A DNA stretch of 64,000 bases from Lytechinus pictus (lineage: Eukaryota). The stretch is from contig NC_087250.1 of assembly GCF_037042905.1 (NCBI RefSeq), forward strand, positions 15,688,001-15,752,000, written 5' to 3'. How positions within the stretch are numbered: the stretch's first letter is position 1; each line of letters begins with the position of its first letter. The notes under the pieces are model-generated. The model saw only the letters and a program-made list of their open reading frames with translations, ran no database searches and was not told the origin of the DNA. The position numbers and the translations under genes were made by a program. Of the stretch, positions 1 through 12,508 are shown piece by piece.

Positions 1-375
1 AACATAAATCATGCGAACGGGGGCTTGTATTTGCTCAAAAATCCCAGAAACACATCACGATACACAATCCTCATGATGCCCTTTAATTAAAGGAAGAAAG
101 TTGATTTATGCTCAAATTTTCACTGTTGTACTTGTTTTTGTTTATACTGTTTATACAAATATTTTATTATGAGGCTGCACTCTACAAGCTCCGCTTTTTC
201 AGCAGCCTCCTTCATTTCCAACCTGTTTGAATGGTTGTTTTGATTATTGTAATATAAATTTTCCTTGTTCTTTATTATGTATCAAGCGATAAGGAACAAA
301 ACATTATGTAAATGTTGGAAATGCAAACATATAAAATGAAATGAAATGAAATAAAGATATGGTGTGGAGGAGTGT

Positions 376-732
376 GGAGGACCTGTGGTGTAGTGGTTCT
401 GACTCTCGCCTTGTAAACAGAGGGTCGTGTGTTCGAATCCCACCACGGTCTGGCATCCTTTGGCAAGGCGTTAATCCACACTTTGCCAATCTCCACCCAG
501 GTGCTAAATGGGTACCCGGTAGGATGTGAAAGTCATTGTAGCTTGTCCAGTACTGTGTGCGCCTTACCGGCGACTGACTGGAATACTCCCCAGGGAGTGG
601 AGGATGTGCACACATTGTGTGCGGGAATGACTGATTGAATCCGATGACCGGGGTAATAATATATCTGTAAAGCACTTAGACATGTCGTTCAGATGTATTA
701 AGCGCTATATAAAAGCGGGTTATTATTATTAT
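376..732 (+). mobile_element. tRNA-derived SINE (family A)
   Basis: Box A TGGTGTAGTGG, box B GTTCGAATCC, core GGGTACCCGGTAGG, L2-like tail AAGCGCTATATAAA..(TAT)n; near-identical head at 19623. Confidence 0.85.
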
Positions 733-735
733 TAA

Positions 736-1317
736 AGGGATGGTCCGGGCTGAAAATATTTATATCTTAATACAGAGTAGAATTCACTGAGCAAAATGCC
801 GAAAATTTCATCAAAATCGGATAACAAATAATTAAGTTATTGAATTTTAAAGTTTTGCAATATTTTGTGAAAATAGTCGTCATGAATATTCATTAGGTGG
901 GCTGATGATGTCACATCTCCACTTTCCGTTTTCTTATGTTATTACATAAAATCATAATTTTTTCATTATTTCATACTTGTGTGATTAATATGTCTCCCTT
1001 ATAATGAAATAAGTTGCAGCAATAAATATCTAATGCACTAAATCAGTTGTCAATCCAATTTTTCTAGTTCTTGGAGGAAAAAAATTGAATAAACCTAATT
1101 TCCTATCATAAAATAAAAAAGAACAAGTGGAGATGTGACATCATCAGCCCACCTAATGAATATTCATGACGACTGTTTTCACAAAATATTGCTAAACTTT
1201 AAAATTCAATAACTTTGTTATTTGTTATCCGATTTTGATGAAATTTTTGGCATTTTGCTCAGTGAATTCTACTCTATTTATTAAGCTATACATATACTTT
1301 TAGCCCGGACCATCCCT
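736..1317. mobile_element. Non-autonomous DNA transposon with long TIRs, Kolobok-like
   Basis: TTAA|AGGGATGGTCCGGGCT...AGCCCGGACCATCCCT|TTAA; inverted repeats of about 200 bp or more; same family at 19105. Confidence 0.85.
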
Positions 1318-1345
1318 TTAAATGGTGAGAATCATGTTCACTGAC

Positions 1346-1505
1346 CATCGTTGTCATCATCTTTATCACATTGATTGCCCTCCCCATCACCATCGTTGTC
1401 CAACTGGCCTGTATTAGACTTTGTCATGCAATTATCACAAGCATCACCATGACCGTCGCCATCCACATCTGCCTGATCAAAGTTGGCTACATAGGGACAG
1501 TTGTC
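1346..1505 (-). CDS. Exon 29: TSP type 3 repeats
   Basis: [26 protein letters not shown]...[23 protein letters not shown]; donor G|gtcagt (alternative end 1342). Confidence 0.93.
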
Positions 1506-1833
1506 CTGGAAGGAATGAATAACGGTAATTGTTTTTGTTATGGAATTCAAACCATAATGCTGCCAATGTGAAAGACCATCCTCATTCATTCACAGTTCTG
1601 GTACGGATTAATGTCACTATTATACATCTTCAACTATATCAAATATCCAGTATCCCCCCCCCCCCCGAAAAAGTGTCATGACTAAAAATTAAAATACAAC
1701 ATGGGCCCGTAACACAAAACTTAGCAATGATTGCAGAATATTTTTCTATGACTGATTGCACCGACAATGTACAATCAACGTGAAAATCAGGCGTACGATT
1801 AACTGCTATCCTTTGCACTACAAGACCAAGGAC

Positions 1834-2075
1834 AGGTGTGTTGGCTCAGTTAGTAGAGCGTCCGTCTCACAACTGGGAGGTCGGGAGTTCAAGCCCCGGC
1901 CGCGCCAGACCAAAAGACGTCAAAAGATGAGAGTTGCTGCTACCCTGTTTGGCGGTCAACAAGTAAGGGATAGCTAAAGACCTGGCGCTGCACAGTGGCT
2001 GCCGGGCCCATGATCAATTTTCAGAGAGTACTTCTTTTTCAGATTTCATTTCAAACAATAAAATATGGATTTTCA
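1834..2075 (+). mobile_element. tRNA-derived SINE (family B)
   Basis: Box A TGGCTCAGTTAG, box B GTTCAAGCC; internally deleted relative at 46408-46567. Confidence 0.7.
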
Positions 2076-2439
2076 TTTGCAATAAACAATGAATAAAATG
2101 AACAGAAGGGTATGAAATATGAAATCATTTATGTTATTATGTTGAAATCTGTCAAAAAATAAGATTTCAATTTTTAAAAGATTATCCTTTCCCAACAAAC
2201 CTTCATGGGACAGGATGAAAAACAATGATGATGATAACTCAAATTCTAAATGTTGTAAACTGGGCAAATATTACATTGCCTTCAAGGGGCTAATTCTTAT
2301 GTATTCATGAGGTCATATCTTGGGCCACCGTGGAACAATTCCCACCAAATTTGGGTTATGGAGGCATTCACGTTCTACCACAATATAGTAAAAAAAAATA
2401 TTCAAATTCAAATTGGAAAATTTATGAAATCACACTTCA

Positions 2440-3515
2440 GTACTCTACAGCCCCAAGTTAAATCTCAGATCTCTTGAAATTGAAATCCGGATCTCATGAC
2501 CATCACCTACGTAGCTCACAAGATACACTCGCACTGCAAGTACCCCCACACAAGACTAAAGCAAAACTAGGAGATACATGTAGGTCATTTCTGATGTCAG
2601 CCCCACGACTATGGAACAAACTTCCCCTCAACATTAGGAATTCAACAAATTTACATGATTTCAACTTACAATTCTCGCTACCCCAAATAGCGATTTCGCC
2701 GAGATCCGGGAAAATCCCTGTAACGTGCATTGCATTATGGGATAGCTTTTTCGGTATTACAACTTCCTGTTCGGAAGTCCAACGCACTGTTTTGCCATTT
2801 AGATCAACAGTGCCGTCATGCACAACAACACAACGTAGCTTTCGCTCGGAAAGTTCGTGATCACAACCCTCTCTTTCACTAACAGTTTTACAGCCTTTTC
2901 TGCTAAAGTCACTAATTCTGCCTGACGCTTTCCATTGCACGGTATTCATCTGTCAGTTAAGATTTTTTTAAGTTCCGAAACTGATTTTTATCCATTTTGT
3001 GGTCGACGAAAAATTGAACGAAATGAATGCTGAATATATTTAGTGTCTAGTTGAATACGATCGTGATGTCAGGCCGGTCGCTAAATGCAAAATTTTAAGA
3101 TATTCATTATTTGTTTGAATTTTTATAACCAAATAAAAACATGAATAAAAATTATTCTCACGTGAAATATATGTTTTATTTTTATTTATAATTCAAATGG
3201 AATAAAAACTGACCAAATGTAATAAAAAGTGTTATACTCTGTACATATTACGCTGATTGGCATCGATTTCAGCGTGGTGGAAAACTCAGTATCGCGAACC
3301 TTGCGCGAGTATGATCTAAACCGGAAGTGGTGATGACGACCCGACGGAGTGAAAATTATCTCGTCTCGCGCATTATGAGATTTGTGTTCCTATTTGGGGT
3401 AGCGAGAATTGAAAACCTATCTATTCCAATAGTATGTACAGCACCTAGGCAGCTCTTGCAGCGCAATAGAATATATAGAAATAGTTTATTGCGCTATATA
3501 AATGCATATTATTAT
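2440..3515 (+). mobile_element. L2/CR1-group LINE 3-prime fragment interrupted by a TIR element
   Basis: LQVP..KTKAKLGD..SF..SAPRLWNKLP.NIR then KTYLF and (TAT)n tail resuming at 3412. Confidence 0.75.
2669..3411. mobile_element. Non-autonomous element with perfect 22-bp TIRs
   Basis: CAATTCTCGCTACCCCAAATAG ... CTATTTGGGGTAGCGAGAATTG; TSD not clear. Confidence 0.8.
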
Positions 3516-3529
3516 TTTACGTTTCTTAC

Positions 3530-3757
3530 AATTTCATTGTAGATTCTATCGTTGTCCCAATCATTGTCACAGATGTCTCCGGTCAGGTCGCCGTCAGTAT
3601 CCTCCTGTCCGCTGTTTGGGTACCCAGGACAGTTATCACTGAGGCAGTTTTTATCCGATGTATTGGTGCACCGCATCTTCAAGTCCATCTGACCATCCAT
3701 GTCGAGATCACGGCCGCAGACCAATCCATTCCCAGCCCATGCATGGTCCTCATCACA
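3530..3757 (-). CDS. Exon 28: EGF4 end and TSP type 3 repeats
   Basis: CDEDHAWAGNGLVCGRDLDMDG...DNCPGYPNSGQEDTDGDLTGDICDNDWDND, the thrombospondin signature; phase 0-0. Confidence 0.95.
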
Positions 3758-5054
3758 CTGAAAATAACAGGCGCCAAGTTTGTTTGAAAAATAATGAGTC
3801 AGTGTGATACCCACTAATAGAAAATTTGTCCTTTATAAACAAAATAAATTTCCTGCAGCGGAGCTTGGGAACAATTTGCAATCTTACTGCACTGTGTAAT
3901 TTAATACAGAAATTGGTATTTGGTGAATGAAACCACACAAACCTTCATTTTTTTTAAAGTAATCACATACATTCATGTAAAAATAACTTAGAGAATAACT
4001 GTTGTTTTGTTTTTCTGTAAAATCTTCTTATTTTCCATTTTTTCTGATTTTTTTTCTCTAACAGTCAAGGTCTGTATTGCTTACTGCACATTAAATCATA
4101 TTTTTAAATTATGGCAAAAAGTACATGTCACTGTGCCAATTAATGAGTAGATTATATAAATGTGTATGGAGAAACATCCCCTGAAAAAGTTTTGATGTGG
4201 TTTTTGAATAGATATCTGTTAAGCTGGACTAAACTTGCGAGTTCATATGAAAAATTTTCCTGTTTTATCTAAAACCTCTTAACAAAGCAAGGAATGGGTT
4301 GAAAATTTACAGATATACAAAGTCATGTAATTGCTGTTTTTAGCTATCTCAAGTCCAATCACTTGACTCGTAAAAAAAAGGCTTGAATTACACTTTTAAA
4401 GAAAAAATATACAAAATACCATCCAGATTTCTAGATACATAAAAACTCATAATTACAAATAATCAATTATTAAAAAGAGTTTAAATGGCCTATACATTTT
4501 TGTACCAATAGCATGTTAGATGATTCAATTGATTATTGGGCGATTCCATGCTAGAAAAATCAGCCATTTTCACAACACTTTTCAACCTGCTGTCCAAACA
4601 AACGAGAAATCTTAATTTGTTTTGTGGTAATAATAAAGTACTACTGGGTAGTCATGTAAAAAATGACAAACAACAAAAATATGTTGTCCATTGGTGAATT
4701 AGAGGTGAAAATGCTGCATGTCATGTGGGACACTCATGAGTCCCGTACGACACACAACATTTTCACCTTTAATTCACCCACAATCAAAACATTTTTTTGT
4801 TGGTTATCACTTTTTTACCTAACTACCCACTATAGCTTTATCATTGACAAAAAGAAAATTCTATTGCTCAAGCATCCAGCTAAGAGACTAGAAACTGTTG
4901 TTGAAATGCCCCTCGGGACATGTATGGAATCATCCACTGATCCTCTACCGAAGTTTTAGAGGGGCTTTAGATCCTGTTAACAAATGCATGGTCTTTTTAG
5001 TTTTCACCAAGTTGGCCTTTTCAGTCATCGTCATCATATAACAAAAAATATATA

Positions 5055-5913
5055 GGGGAAGGCGGGGTAAGTTGTGACACTTTTTGCATTTTGCAAGTTA
5101 GAATTGATATGACTAATAATATTGTAGAAATAAGTACCTAGCCTTTAGGTTTGACTCTTGGGAAATATTTTTCACCTTTTTCACCTATGTATAACTTTCT
5201 ACCCTCACACTGAAAGTCATTGTGACCTTTGAAAAAATAATGTCAAATGGCTCAACTTGCCCCATCTATGGGGTAAATTGTGCCACCTTCTGGGGTAAGT
5301 TGAGCCACAAAAACTATGTACAAAATGTATGCGGGAAGAGCCATCATGTCAACTTTTTATTTTAAGCCTTTTCACTTGCTAATTCTCTATAAATACTAAC
5401 ATTCTCTAAAGTAAAAGAATTGTCATGTGAATTTGCTCCTTTCTGCCTGCATATCAATGGTTTTTAAGGTTTTTTTATTATTATTATACATTACCATAAG
5501 AATTACTATGGCTCAACTTGCCCCATGTTGGCTGGCTCAAATTACCCCTGTCCGAACTTAATGCGATATTTTCACATCCACACATTTCTTATGCATCCAT
5601 CATCTAAAAGACTATGAAAAGAATGAGAATCCATACCTGGACTAACAATTTTGTTCTTATTTCTTTATTATATTCAAAGATGTGTGTGAGTAAAAAGCAC
5701 TATTTCACACCCTTTTTTACTTTTTTTGCTGAAATGTGTATTTTTCCCTCTAAAAATTACTTTTTGTTTCAAAGTTGAAAACAATGTGGTGGGGTTAAGG
5801 GTTATGCAATGGGTCATCAATACATGACACCACCACAATGTCTGACTCATTCATTATTGGCCTGGGGGTGGTGGCTCAACTTGCCCCGATACTCAACTTA
5901 CCCCGCCTTCCCC
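5055..5913. mobile_element. MITE with TA TSD
   Basis: TA|GGGGAAGGCGGGGTAAGTTG...CAACTTACCCCGCCTTCCCC|TA with internal GGCTCAACTTGCCCC subrepeats. Confidence 0.85.
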
Positions 5914-5937
5914 TACCGATGTAGATTTATAACTTAC

Positions 5938-6096
5938 CTCACAGTAATAATGATTCGGCCGTAAATAGTGACAGATGGCATGCTCGTTACACTCATGAGT
6001 TCCCAAGGCACAGTGGTCTATTTCTAGCATGCACCTAACTTCGTTGTTGCCAACTTGAAGGTAACCAGGTAAACATTCACCACACTGGAAACTCCC
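5938..6096 (-). CDS. Exon 27: EGF3 C-part and EGF4 N-part
   Basis: GSFQCGECLPGY...DHCALGTHECNEHAICHYLRPNHYYCE; phase 0-0, donor gtaagt. Confidence 0.92.
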
Positions 6097-7422
6097 CTAT
6101 TTCGGAATGGAAAATGGGTAACAAAGATTAGTGAAGGAATTTGAAATATATAATATACATATATATAATTATATACATCAAGGATTACTGTTATAAGATG
6201 TTTAAAACACATAGAATACATAATGGGATAATTCCTGATAATAAAAAAAGCCAAGAGATTAGTTTTCTATTACAATAATGAGTTGCAGATAAACAAAATA
6301 TGATTGTTCTACCTACCCAATAATTATGCAATATATCATAATGGAACAACATGCACACTTACTACTATCACTTCTTATTCTTCTTTTCATACTACTATTA
6401 CTACTAATGCTACTACAATTTTACTACAACTAGTACTATTAATACTCCCACTTCTTCTTTTTCTCCCTTTTCTTCTTCTTTTTGTACTACTGAATACATA
6501 ATTCTACTACTGCTACTATTGCTATTTGTAGTATTAAAACTACTTAGTATAAATGTATGTTATGTACATGTATGTGCCGCAGTTGAAACCCCCATTCTCA
6601 CCCTGAAATTCCATTCCAGAGTATCACCAATTTAGAATGCCGTACAAATTCCTATTTTTCCCCGTTCCAGAGACCCTTTTGGATTGCTTCGTCTAGCTCC
6701 AAAACCTATTCTGAATTTGTAAAACTGATCCAGATCACATTATTGACATCTCAACAACTAGTGAGTGACTTGTCAAGACCATCTTTTATTTTTGTGGGTA
6801 GAATCGTGTAAAAATTGACGTCCAATTTGTGGTTTCATTTTCCATCATGAACTACTCAGCCGGTTGGAGTGACAAGCTCGATCAGCGCGGAGCCTTATCC
6901 AGGCTGCCGAAGCAAGGTGCTACCATGCTATGATATATTGAGTTTGGGAGATCAGAACCCTATTTTTTATGTGGTCAGTTCCAGAGTTTTGCATTTTTAG
7001 TAATCTTTGATTCTAGAGCTGTTCCGGAGACCCCCATTTTCGGACGAAGATTTAGTTCCAGAGCTCCCTACTTTCGACTTTGTTGCACATAAGTATCATA
7101 TTATTTGAGTAGCCTCCGGGACTATTTCTTTTACAACAACAGCAATAACTACTACTACTACTACTACAACTGCATGCTGATATACTACTTCAAACAAAGC
7201 TGATATGAATTCTACATGCCAGTAGCAACGATCAATTACAGCTGGGAATTAAGAACACACACAGATGACTTTAAAAGTCACTGACATAAGTGAAAAAGAT
7301 AAAAGTTATTAGAAGTCAATCCATAATAACAACAATAAAACAAGTCCTTAGGAAGTGCATAAAGACGTTATAACCATATTTATATGCACTTTATAAGAAA
7401 TTTGTATTATGCATCCATTTAC

Positions 7423-7497
7423 CTCAGTATTGTTACAGTATGCATTTGCATCACATCCGCCATTATCGGTGAGGCATTCATTAATATCTGTGCATAC
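7423..7497 (-). CDS. Exon 26: EGF3 N-part
   Basis: VCTDINECLTDNGGCDANAYCNNTE; phase 0-0. Confidence 0.92.
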
Positions 7498-9991
7498 CTG
7501 GGAAGAATGTATGACACAAAGTATGTTAAAGGAGAATGAAACCCAAAATGTAATACCACATAATATCATTGATAAGTAAATGATAATCAAAATGAAACCA
7601 CTTATACCCAAATCCGATTTCCCAGAGTGGAGTACCACCTCTTCAAAGTTAGGCTTCTTCACGATCGAAGTCTCTGAATGGAGATTGCCATTGTTGCGAG
7701 GTTCGTTCAAAATTGTGACGTCAGCGACGAACAACTGCTCTCAGTACTAACTTCCATGTGCAGCTATACACAGGCTGAAACCAACCCCGAGTTTGCATAA
7801 TATAGATACTTTTTTACAAGAAATAAATAAAATATACACCTAAAACACTTAAAAATATTATCAAAAAGGTATTTAAATTATTTTTTTTTTTAAACACAAA
7901 TTGATGAGTTTTGATGAAAATGTTTACACATTTATTTACGATATCCAAATTGGTAAATTTGACAAAGCTGAATTTGTACGTACAGACAATACAGCCGTCC
8001 CCGGCCGCCAACTCACACGTATAGCGAGTAACCCAGCACCATGAACCGCGTTTAGCAGTAGATTTTTAACTAGTGGGTCGCGCGTGCTGAGATCTTACTT
8101 CTGGTGTCCACAACACACGACTTCTATGGCTTGATTTTTCTGTGCGCTGCAGCAATGAACCCTTGAGTGCTGGCCCCTGAACCGAGTGATCGTGTTATGT
8201 TGGAAGTTTGGTTGTCTATCCCGTTTGAATATCGCTAAATTGTTAATTGTGCTATATTTCAATATATCTAACGTTGTTTATTATTTGTTACCGTCAATTT
8301 TAAGTTAAACAAAACTTATCGGACGTTTGTATTGAAATAGAACTTAAAAAGCCCGAGAGCCTACGACTTCGAGCCCCAATACTCGGCCGAAGAAATAGGT
8401 AAAATTCTCGCTACAAACAACATCATTCCTCATTAATTTGGAGGAATTGTTGTATTTCTCCACCTTTAGTGCAGCCACACATTTTTTTTTAGAGATTTCT
8501 GGCCACTTCTGCAGAACAGGAATTTGGTAAAAGCTGCATTTTGTGCCCCTTTCAGACCAATTTCGGCAGCCAGATCCACTTTGGCCCATGTATCTTACGC
8601 TAGCAATCACAGGCGAGCGCCAAGGTCGGACACCGAGTTGTACGTCGCTGACGTCACAACCCCCCACGGAGATATAGGGAGTATAAGCAAAATGGCAATC
8701 TCCACGGGTCTTTCAAATATCAAAATATTGATAACTTTGACTTGACATATCATGGGAAATAGGAAAACATTTTAATTTTATTTTAATCAGTGAAATGTAA
8801 TCAGTTTATGACCAGATAATAAATCTATCCTTTCATTTTCCTTTAATTAATATAATTTGGTTATTATCAGTAGGCTTTATAAATAAAGTATCCCCCATTC
8901 ACAAAACATGTAAATTAAAAATGATTAATGGGACAATGCAAGGAACTGGCAAAAATAATGGTATCTGATATATTTATATCCATAGTTCGGACTGACAAGG
9001 TATATATATTTATATATTCCTAATAAAATGTTCAGCACTGCAATGGAAAGAGCTAGAAAACCGCTGTGACTCGAACAACACACCGACGTTAAATTTATTA
9101 TAATCTGGGCGGAAATTCTTGATATCATCACCCACTGATGTGACGACGGATGTAATCCACCCGGGTACTATAAAAATGTCCCCCTAACCCATTATCCCAA
9201 TACATATTCCTGACTATGGATGGTTTTGAGTGATTTTAATGTATAAAGTGCCATATTTCCCACCAACTGAATGTAAAAAAAACTATGATCATCTGATAGA
9301 AGAAGTTGTTAACATTCATTTCAGGGGGGCGGAAATTCTATCTGAATCAGAGCTTGTCCTTGATACACATTTGTTTGTAAAAAAAGGGTATGATGCAAGG
9401 CAATTCTGCGTGTTATAAGGGTGCGCGCGTGCAGCGAGGACCTTCTGTCCGCTAGTTTTCCATATGAACTATATGGAAATCCATCAATGTCGTACTTTTT
9501 TTTACAGGAAATTTGCACAATATATCTTGTGAACAAAGAGAAGCACACTGAATTTTTAAGAAAAATGAATCTATGAATATACATAACTAGAAAATATCTT
9601 AAATAAACATGCTTTTAAATGCTGATGTTGCTGGCTTTCCATAGTTGTGGTTGATCGGATCAATTGCATCACTTTGTAAGACGAGGCCCATATCATCGCA
9701 ACATCTGCTGCGGTCATTTCAAGCCCTGCTTATCTGCTCGTGATTGCTCCCTTCAGTATCTATCTATATCTTCTTAGATATAGATAGATATAGATAGATA
9801 TAAAAACCAAGAATTTTTTCACCCTTTTATTACAATTTAATCAACCCAATAATTGTCTTTTCTTAATATTTCCCAAATTGCAGAAAATTTCAATGAACTC
9901 ATATAATGCCTTTCATGTTATTTAAATACTCTGGTATAAATTACTATGTAAGATATACTATACTAAATAGGTTCATTATTGCGGAATGAAA

Positions 9992-10146
9992 TAATCGCTA
10001 GAGGGTATTCATTTGTCTCGCAATCTACTCTACTCTGTGATCACGAATTTCCTAGAAAGCTAGTGAACACTTTTTGCGAGAGTGATCACGAATTTCCTTG
10101 TTGACCATAGTAGATTGCAAGACAAATGAATACCCTCTAGCGATTA
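9992..10146. mobile_element. Small hairpin MITE (about 38-bp TIR)
   Basis: TAATCGCTAGAGGGTATTCATTTGTCTCGCAATCTACT ... AGTAGATTGCAAGACAAATGAATACCCTCTAGCGATTA. Confidence 0.75.
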
Positions 10147-10619
10147 AGATATACTATGTTTATTGTCATGTTCCAAATGCAGATTGCAATGTTCATGTTA
10201 AAGTTATATAATTTGTTTTCTTTATCATTTTGCACGGCATGTAAACAAGAAAAGTTTCCAATTATGGACAATAAATAAAAACTCATACTTACATGCAATT
10301 TACAGTTTTATTATTGAAACTGACTTTGTATTACTACATAGCAATTGATTGCCTTTATAATCAGATGCATTAGAAAGGCTCATGTTGAATTTTATATGTT
10401 TCTTCTTTAACTCTTTCCACACGTACTTCGCACCAATGCACAATCGTTGCCAAGCGAACTTCGCATTTCACGTTTAAAGAAACAATGCATCGTTTCTCTC
10501 GCTGAAAATAATTCAGTACAGAGGGGTTCATGGCCCAGCGCACAAAGATTAAATGATATTTTGGATCTATTCTGGACGGGTAAATTGACTTTCAAATATT
10601 GTCTTCCTTGCACCCTCAC

Positions 10620-10760
10620 CTGTCTGTTGTCTCGGGTTTGATTCAAGCCGTATCCATGGATGATATCTCCATGGTAACCAGCTGGGCATCTATCACAGAC
10701 GTATCCCGGCTCTAGATTGGTGCATCCATCGGAGCTAAAGCAGGGGTCCGACTCAGTACA
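10620..10760 (-). CDS. Exon 25: thrombospondin-type Ca-binding EGF2
   Basis: CTESDPCFSSDGCTNLEPGYVCDRCPAGYHGDIIHGYGLNQTRDNRQ, including the GxG...NxQ insert typical of COMP/TSP3/4; phase 0-0. Confidence 0.93.
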
Positions 10761-11563
10761 CTAAAGACGGAGGATTTAATTTTGAAATAAACTTAATGTT
10801 TTTCCCTTCCAGTATGTACATGCATGTAGTTGTGATTGTAATCATTTCTTTATTTCAAAGAAAAGCAGTATACAAATGAACAAAGTGAAACAATGAAAGA
10901 TTAACAAGCAAAACCAGGTCCATGAACCCATACTGGTTCAAGACATAAGAGATTGATTGCAAACAAAAAGCAATCATACAATAAAACTGAATAGGTGATT
11001 TAACATAAAAAAATATTCAGAAGAAAAGTTCAAAACTTAGACTAAAACCGTTCTTTTTTATTAATATAGAAACATTTTAAACTTTGTCTTCCAAGCATTT
11101 CTGGAGCCCTTAAAGATAAGAAGAATATTTGTGCAATATATAAACAAATACAATGGTAAATGAGTTTGTGATGTGTGATAAAAAATTTGCAATATTGTGC
11201 TATCTATGTGTAATTTTAATTGTATATTTATTGTTAATCTTAATGATTTCAATTCTATCTTAATATTGGCATTGTGTAAACATGTACAGTTCAGTCTGTG
11301 ACTGCCAATCATGTTTTTTGCAATAAACCTGAATTGAATTGTATATTTGAGTTGTATGTGTGGGTGTGTGTCATCAATTCAGATCACACACATACTGAAG
11401 TACACATAAGGAAGGCTCACAAAGCATACAAGGGATCATGGCGACTTTCACCCACGGATCCGTTTTGGGGATAGAATTTCAGGTGAATTGGAGAGTTGAT
11501 GGTTTATACAAGTGTGTGTATGGGGAGGGAAGAAGAAGTTATGACAATATCAGAGCACAATAC

Positions 11564-11697
11564 CTCATTGATATCCACGCAGTTCACGCCGTCACCACGG
11601 TAACCGAGCGGGCAATCCAGGCAGCGATACTGACCACCTCCAGTGTTCACGCACTTCACTCCCTTAAAGCAGGGCCCGGGAGGAAGCATGCAGGGAC
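11564..11697 (-). CDS. Exon 24: thrombospondin-type EGF1
   Basis: [45 protein letters not shown]; phase 1-0. Confidence 0.93.
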
Positions 11698-12010
11698 CTT
11701 TAAAAAACAATAGATCAATGATTCATTAAAGCAAAGCAGGGCCGGAATTGGAGGAAGCATGCAGGGACCGTTAAAAGACAACAGATCAATGATCCATTAA
11801 AGCAAGACAAGTACTTCACTCCCTTTTCAAAAGCAAGGCCGGGACTCTATTAAAGCAAGGCCTAGGGGAAGCCCACAGTGACTTTTAAAAGACAATAGAT
11901 CGATCATGAATTAAAGCAAGGGAGGGCCAGACTTAAAAGGCAGGGACTCCCTTAATGCAAGGCCTGAAAGGAAACATGCAGGGACATTTAATAAAAGACA
12001 ATAGATCAAT
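11698..12010. repeat. Three degenerate tandem copies of the exon 24 acceptor junction
   Basis: GGAAGCATGCAGGGAC-n-TTAAAA-ACAATAGATCAATG recurs at about 11752, 11868 and 11970. Confidence 0.8.
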
Positions 12011-12328
12011 AATTTGGAGAACATTCCCATTATCTATTCTTGGTCAAAACATACAAAATGTTTGGAGATGAACATAGTCGCGAGGTTCCGTGGCCAAGTG
12101 GTCTAAGGTGCCCAACTACACCATGAAAGACCGGGCTTTGATAACCGGCACGGCCTCTGACTAATGTACATTTATCTACATTGCTCTTTTTATCTTCCAT
12201 CAAATAAATGAAAATCCTTCATGCATTATTGATACCATGTCCACATGTAAAAAAAAAAAAGCAAACATGTCAGTTTAACTGAGTACCGGTTAATCTGACA
12301 AAGAGAACATTCCCATTACCAAACTTAC

Positions 12329-12508
12329 ATTCGCTTGCAGATGAACATAATGAGCACGGGAGGCAGTCAGCATCTGAATACTGGTTAAACTGGCAAGGGG
12401 AACACTCCCATTTGCCAAGGGAACTTGTGAAGCCACTTGGACAGCACTCACATGACGATTGCTTTGGAAGTGGTTGGTACGACCCATCCTCACACGGGAG
12501 ACACTCAT
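12329..12508 (-). CDS. Exon 23: CxxC / ephrin-receptor-like cysteine-rich repeats
   Basis: DECLPCEDGSYQPLPKQSSCECCPSGFTS...CSPC...CLPCSLC; phase 1-1, donor gtaagt. Confidence 0.9.

Noticed and set aside
376..450. tRNA-like sequences (also 1834, 12083, 19623, 34249, 46408)
   Set aside because: A and B boxes are present, but most continue into SINE bodies and tails and I could not build convincing cloverleaves. They are treated as SINE heads, not tRNA genes.
2503..2949. 148-aa minus-strand ORF
   Set aside because: It crosses the junction between a TIR element and an antisense L2 fragment, so it is a chance ORF.
7550..9420. CpG-richer intronic stretch (also about 12590-14560 and 26740-26960), possibly further transposon remnants or regulatory DNA
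   Set aside because: I could not define termini, TSDs or coding motifs by eye. RepeatMasker or a de novo repeat library is needed.
1346..11697. Assigning a vertebrate symbol such as COMP, THBS3 or THBS4
   Set aside because: The EGF/TSP3 core is similar, but the N-terminal architecture differs and orthology cannot be shown without a phylogeny.
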